Source of the DNA: Candidatus Thorarchaeota archaeon SMTZ1-45 | Lineage (GTDB): Archaea; Asgardarchaeota; Thorarchaeia; Thorarchaeales; Thorarchaeaceae | Assembly (NCBI GenBank): GCA_001563335.1 | Contig: LRSL01000111.1 | Coordinates: 1 to 10,454 of the forward strand | Reading direction: 5' to 3' | Length of the DNA stretch: 10,454 bases | In this document: positions 7,761 to 10,454 of the stretch, in pieces | How positions within the stretch are numbered: the stretch's first letter is position 1 | How the letters are laid out: every line of letters begins with the position of its first letter | Made by a program: the position numbers and the translations under genes | Notes under the pieces: generated by a model | Databases searched by the model: none | What the model saw: only the letters and a program-made list of their open reading frames with translations | What the model was told of the DNA's origin: nothing

Positions 7761-7900
7761 GTCAGCAGCTGTCCGCTGCTAACTCCGGGTGGATGCTTCA
7801 CGGTAATCCACAACGGGCATGGTACAGGGCATGCCGGTGGAACCCATCGGCCACGAAGCAGGGTGGCGCAGGGGGTGTCCCCTGCTTCTTCTCCGTGATT
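7761..7900 (+). ncRNA. Putative novel structured non-coding RNA (~140-155 nt)
   Basis: 63% GC over 7761-7890 (82/130 by hand count), against ~30% in the preceding 90 bp. Five consecutive helices: 7764-69/7775-80; 7789-94/7806-11 (plus 7785-87/7814-16); 7817-21/7830-34; 7833-40/7844-51; 7855-63/7880-88 with inner 7865-69/7875-79. Flanked by a TATA-like box and a T7 tract. No family recognised. Confidence 0.6.
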
Positions 7901-7916
7901 CTCTCTCACTTTTTTT
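7899..7916 (+). terminator. Pyrimidine/oligo-T archaeal terminator candidate
   Basis: TTCTCTCTCACTTTTTTT immediately after the last helix, with T7 at 7910-7916. It overlaps the stop codon of the convergent reductase gene. Confidence 0.5.
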
Positions 7917-9147
7917 AAAGGCCGCTCACAGCGATGGCTCGAAGATATCCTGCCCCAATCTTGGCTACCATCGGTAAGAAGTCTGTCATAAGCGTCATCA
8001 ATGTGCCAACACTTGCATGACCCTGAATCAGTTCGTTCAGAGTCTTGGCATCGAGTTGATTTAGCACGATTTCTGCAGCAGCTACTGGGTCGTTGAACAT
8101 ACTGTATTTGGAAACCGCCCACATACCTTTGCCCGTGTTCATGATGTTAGAGGCTAATTTGGTCTTTCTATACTCTCTCTCGTATTTTCCAACACTCTTC
8201 TCTGAGAAATCTTCTTCATCCACCATTCGTTTTGCATGTTTTGCAAGAACCTGCCCTGCATGAAAACAAGTCGTGACTCCCCCACCAACAATTGATGATA
8301 CCTGTCCTGCTGAGTTTCCACAGAGTGCAACTCCAGCATCAGTGAATTTGGGAATGATACCTGCGCAGGGGACAACACCACCATTCACTGCTGAAATCTT
8401 TGCATTTTGAGTTTCAGGATGAGTCTTCATGTACTTCCGAAGTACATCCTGCATTGGAGGGAGTGAATGCCAGTTCGCTTTTGATGATGGTACACGTCCT
8501 ATTCCAAGATTAATCTCAGTTTCAGATCTCGGATACAACCAGAGATAACCGAGGCCAACATCTTTTCCTACAAAGAAATATGCTACATCAGGGTCTATTC
8601 CTTTACAGTTCTTAAGTTTGAATCGATACCCATAGCTAAGTAGCCACTTTGGATGCTTGAAACCCGCGGTTTCTGAAACACGACTGAATGAACCATCAGC
8701 ACCCACAGTCAGCCTACCATGTTCCTTCCCACTCTGATTGAAATTCACACCAACTACAGAACCCTTCTCTTTTATGACCGAATTCACTCGTGATCTATAT
8801 CTGAACTCTGCATCATCTGAAAGTGCGCGGTCTCGCATGAGTTCCTGGCATTTGTCTTCATCGAAGAGATACGAATTACCAAGCAGGCTCCGATCAACGA
8901 CAATATTGGCTCCAGTGTCCAAACTCTCTCCCACAATTGAATTGTACTTGTTCCCGATATAGTCCGAGTCTGGTCTGACTCTCAAGAATTTCAATGCTTT
9001 ATCAGTGACCAACTCTCCCATGAGTGAGTGTGTGACACTCTCGCGTTTCTCTAGGACTAGTGTCTTTAGACCATATTTTGCAGTCCACTCCGCAGTCATA
9101 AGTCCTGCAGGTCCAGTCCCAGCGATAATCACGTCATATGTCATCAT
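7915..9147 (-). CDS. Geranylgeranyl reductase / DGGGPL reductase-family FAD-dependent oxidoreductase (atypical)
   Basis: YDVIIAGTGPAG dinucleotide-binding motif, VGADG, GYLWLYP (YxWxFP-like), INLGIG, GGVVP, and CGNSAGQV...GGGV (GDAAG-like). 410 aa, with GGAG upstream of ATG ATG. Confidence 0.85.
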   Translation of the reverse strand: MMTYDVIIAGTGPAGLMTAEWTAKYGLKTLVLEKRESVTHSLMGELVTDKALKFLRVRPDSDYIGNKYNSIVGESLDTGANIVVDRSLLGNSYLFDEDKCQELMRDRALSDDAEFRYRSRVNSVIKEKGSVVGVNFNQSGKEHGRLTVGADGSFSRVSETAGFKHPKWLLSYGYRFKLKNCKGIDPDVAYFFVGKDVGLGYLWLYPRSETEINLGIGRVPSSKANWHSLPPMQDVLRKYMKTHPETQNAKISAVNGGVVPCAGIIPKFTDAGVALCGNSAGQVSSIVGGGVTTCFHAGQVLAKHAKRMVDEEDFSEKSVGKYEREYRKTKLASNIMNTGKGMWAVSKYSMFNDPVAAAEIVLNQLDAKTLNELIQGHASVGTLMTLMTDFLPMVAKIGAGYLRAIAVSGL

Positions 9148-9279
9148 TCAGATGCTCCATGGTATTACTCAAATCCTCAATTTAGTGTCTATATCTCTTT
9201 CTGAGTGGTCTTTGCATAGCCATATAGTTATAATACAAAGTAAAATCAACAACCCTAGAAAACCTTTGGAAGGTAAATA
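9148..9279. promoter_or_regulatory. Divergent promoter region between the reductase and the acyltransferase-like gene
   Basis: 132-bp AT-rich gap between head-to-head genes, containing GTTATAATA at about 9227-9235. Confidence 0.4.
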
Positions 9280-10179
9280 ATGAAAGCCAGATCCATAGCT
9301 TACTCAATGTATCTCATAATTTCCATAATGATTAGTCTTACTTTGGCTGCTATTCCTGCAATCCTGCTTTTCGCAATTGTTGTTCAGAACTTCACTACTT
9401 TCCTTGACACGATCTGGCCTTTCTCGTTCATTCACAATTTTGTCATCGAGAACTTCTCCCAATGGATTCCTGGATTTGCTCTAGACTATTGGTGGTTGAT
9501 AATACTCTTTGTGCCCCTAGCCCTAATTTGCTACGCAGTTTTCCTAGCTTTTCTAATGGTTTTCTTTAAACTTTCACAGAAGGGCTTACCTTTCCTTGAA
9601 GATGGTTACTATGAAGCAGAATCGGAAGCCTGGTTATTGTATGAGTACTTCGAGGTCTATTATATTCTATACCCGTACTTTGCTGGATTCTTCAGCATCT
9701 TCTTTGATACTAAACCACGTCATCAAGCATTTGGTGCAAAGATTGGCAAAAACTCCATTGTGGGCAATGGTCGACTCTTCAACCCTGAGAGGACAATTAT
9801 TGGTGATAATTGCTTCTTTGGCTATGATGCCATTATGAGTGGTCATGTGTATGAGGGTAGACGACTCTATCTCAAAACAGTACGGCTTGGTAACAATGTT
9901 ACAGTTGGTGCAAACGCAGTAATTCTGCCAGGGGCTGATATTGGCGACAATGTGATTGTGGGTGCAAACTCTGTTGTTCCCAAGGATAAGATCATCCCTT
10001 CAAACACAATATGGGTCCATGGTAAAGCAATTCCGAGAGGGCCTCCCTATTTGGCTGAAGAGTTACACCAACCAATTGGAGGACCCACCGTTATCTTTGA
10101 GAAGATCGAGAAGATATCTGATAATGATGAAGAAGATGAGGAAGGAACTACAATTCCTTCAAATGGTGAGAGGTTTTAG
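9280..10179 (+). CDS. Membrane protein with C-terminal left-handed beta-helix (hexapeptide-repeat) acyltransferase-like domain and acidic tail
   Basis: Two long hydrophobic N-terminal segments; FGAKIGKNSIVG, IIGDNCFFG, VRLGNNVTVGANAVILPGADIGDNVIVGANSVV hexapeptide repeats; DNDEEDEEG tail. Confidence 0.85.
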   Translation: MKARSIAYSMYLIISIMISLTLAAIPAILLFAIVVQNFTTFLDTIWPFSFIHNFVIENFSQWIPGFALDYWWLIILFVPLALICYAVFLAFLMVFFKLSQKGLPFLEDGYYEAESEAWLLYEYFEVYYILYPYFAGFFSIFFDTKPRHQAFGAKIGKNSIVGNGRLFNPERTIIGDNCFFGYDAIMSGHVYEGRRLYLKTVRLGNNVTVGANAVILPGADIGDNVIVGANSVVPKDKIIPSNTIWVHGKAIPRGPPYLAEELHQPIGGPTVIFEKIEKISDNDEEDEEGTTIPSNGERF

Positions 10180-10201
10180 TCAATTTATCAAGGTGAAAAG
10201 A

Positions 10202-10454
10202 TTGCGTTTCCTAATGCTTCACTTGGAAAGCTTCTGGTATAGTCTAAACGAGTCCAATCCAGCGGACCGGACAGAGATTGGGGAGTCATTGCATGTTTGG
10301 ATCCATTCAGAAGAAGAGGATGAAGAGAACAAGTCTGGTGTTCTTAGGAAGATGGTGAAGAATATTCGCTGGCTTGCCCAGAAGGTTGATTGCAACAGAG
10401 TAACTTTGCACTCGTTCGCGCATCTTGATGATAGTAAATCTGATCCCGAGTTTG
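10202..10454 (+). CDS. Archaeal-type threonyl-tRNA synthetase editing-domain protein (3'-partial; absent from the ORF track)
   Basis: TTG start at 10202 preceded by AGGTGA (10191-10196). It translates MRFLMLHLESFWYS...VWIHSEEEDE...LRKMVKNIRWLAQKVDCNRVTLHSFAHLDDSKSDPEF, matching the tRNA-Thr_ED pattern (MRxLxxH...E..DE...AHL). No stop before the window ends. Confidence 0.85.
   Translation, partial: MRFLMLHLESFWYSLNESNPADRTEIGESLHVWIHSEEEDEENKSGVLRKMVKNIRWLAQKVDCNRVTLHSFAHLDDSKSDPEF

Noticed and set aside
7761-7900. Canonical tRNA (including tRNA-Sec, given CTTCA in a loop), 5S rRNA, SRP RNA or SECIS
   Set aside because: No TTCRA T-loop or cloverleaf, and no 5S or SRP helix-8 signature. The adjacent genes contain no in-frame UGA that would need a SECIS.
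7754-7918. 54-codon + strand ORF (MIRQQLSAANSGW...) spanning the structured element
   Set aside because: The ATG is too close to the TATA-like box to lie within the transcript, there is no RBS, and the composition is unprotein-like. Dense base-pairing explains the region better. Ribosome profiling would settle it.
7709-8122. 137-aa Cys-rich minus-strand ORF
   Set aside because: It overlaps the reductase 3' end off-frame and runs through the GC-rich structured element, where stops are scarce. The Cys spacing matches no metal-binding motif I recognise.
134-9838. Short ORFs overlapping the main genes (134-346, 1161-1652, 2426-2692, 2906-3091, 3178-3375, 3484-3687, 4028-4294, 4030-4212, 4388-4597, 5923-6213, 7001-7198, 7225-7419, 8154-8384, 8738-8962, 9005-9280, 9596-9838)
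   Set aside because: Antisense or off-frame shadows of well-supported genes, or spans of promoter gaps, with no recognisable motifs.
1-10454. CRISPR array, transposase, integrase or prophage
   Set aside because: No regularly spaced direct repeats, terminal inverted repeats or mobile-element proteins were seen.

Overview
Archaeal chromosomal window, very probably from an Asgard archaeon (Thorarchaeia-like). This is inferred from a Rab-like small GTPase among typical archaeal genes with GGAGG/GGTGA-type ribosome-binding sites. Gene order: a 5'-truncated multidomain Rab-like GTPase (+); iorB and iorA, indolepyruvate:ferredoxin oxidoreductase (-); a DHH/DHHA1 phosphoesterase (+); three tandem, divergent TrmB-like paralogues (wHTH, coiled coil, degenerate PLD-like domain) (-); an unannotated GC-rich, hairpin-dense ~150-nt element with its own TATA-like box and T7 tract, a candidate novel ncRNA (+) set head-to-head with the TrmB-like triplet; an atypical geranylgeranyl-reductase-family flavoprotein (-); a membrane-anchored left-handed beta-helix acyltransferase-like protein (+); and the start of an archaeal ThrRS editing-domain protein missed by the ORF track (+, runs off the window). 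The best candidate for an undescribed system is the TrmB-like triplet plus the structured RNA at 4715-7916. All calls rest on motifs read by eye; no searches or folding programs were run.
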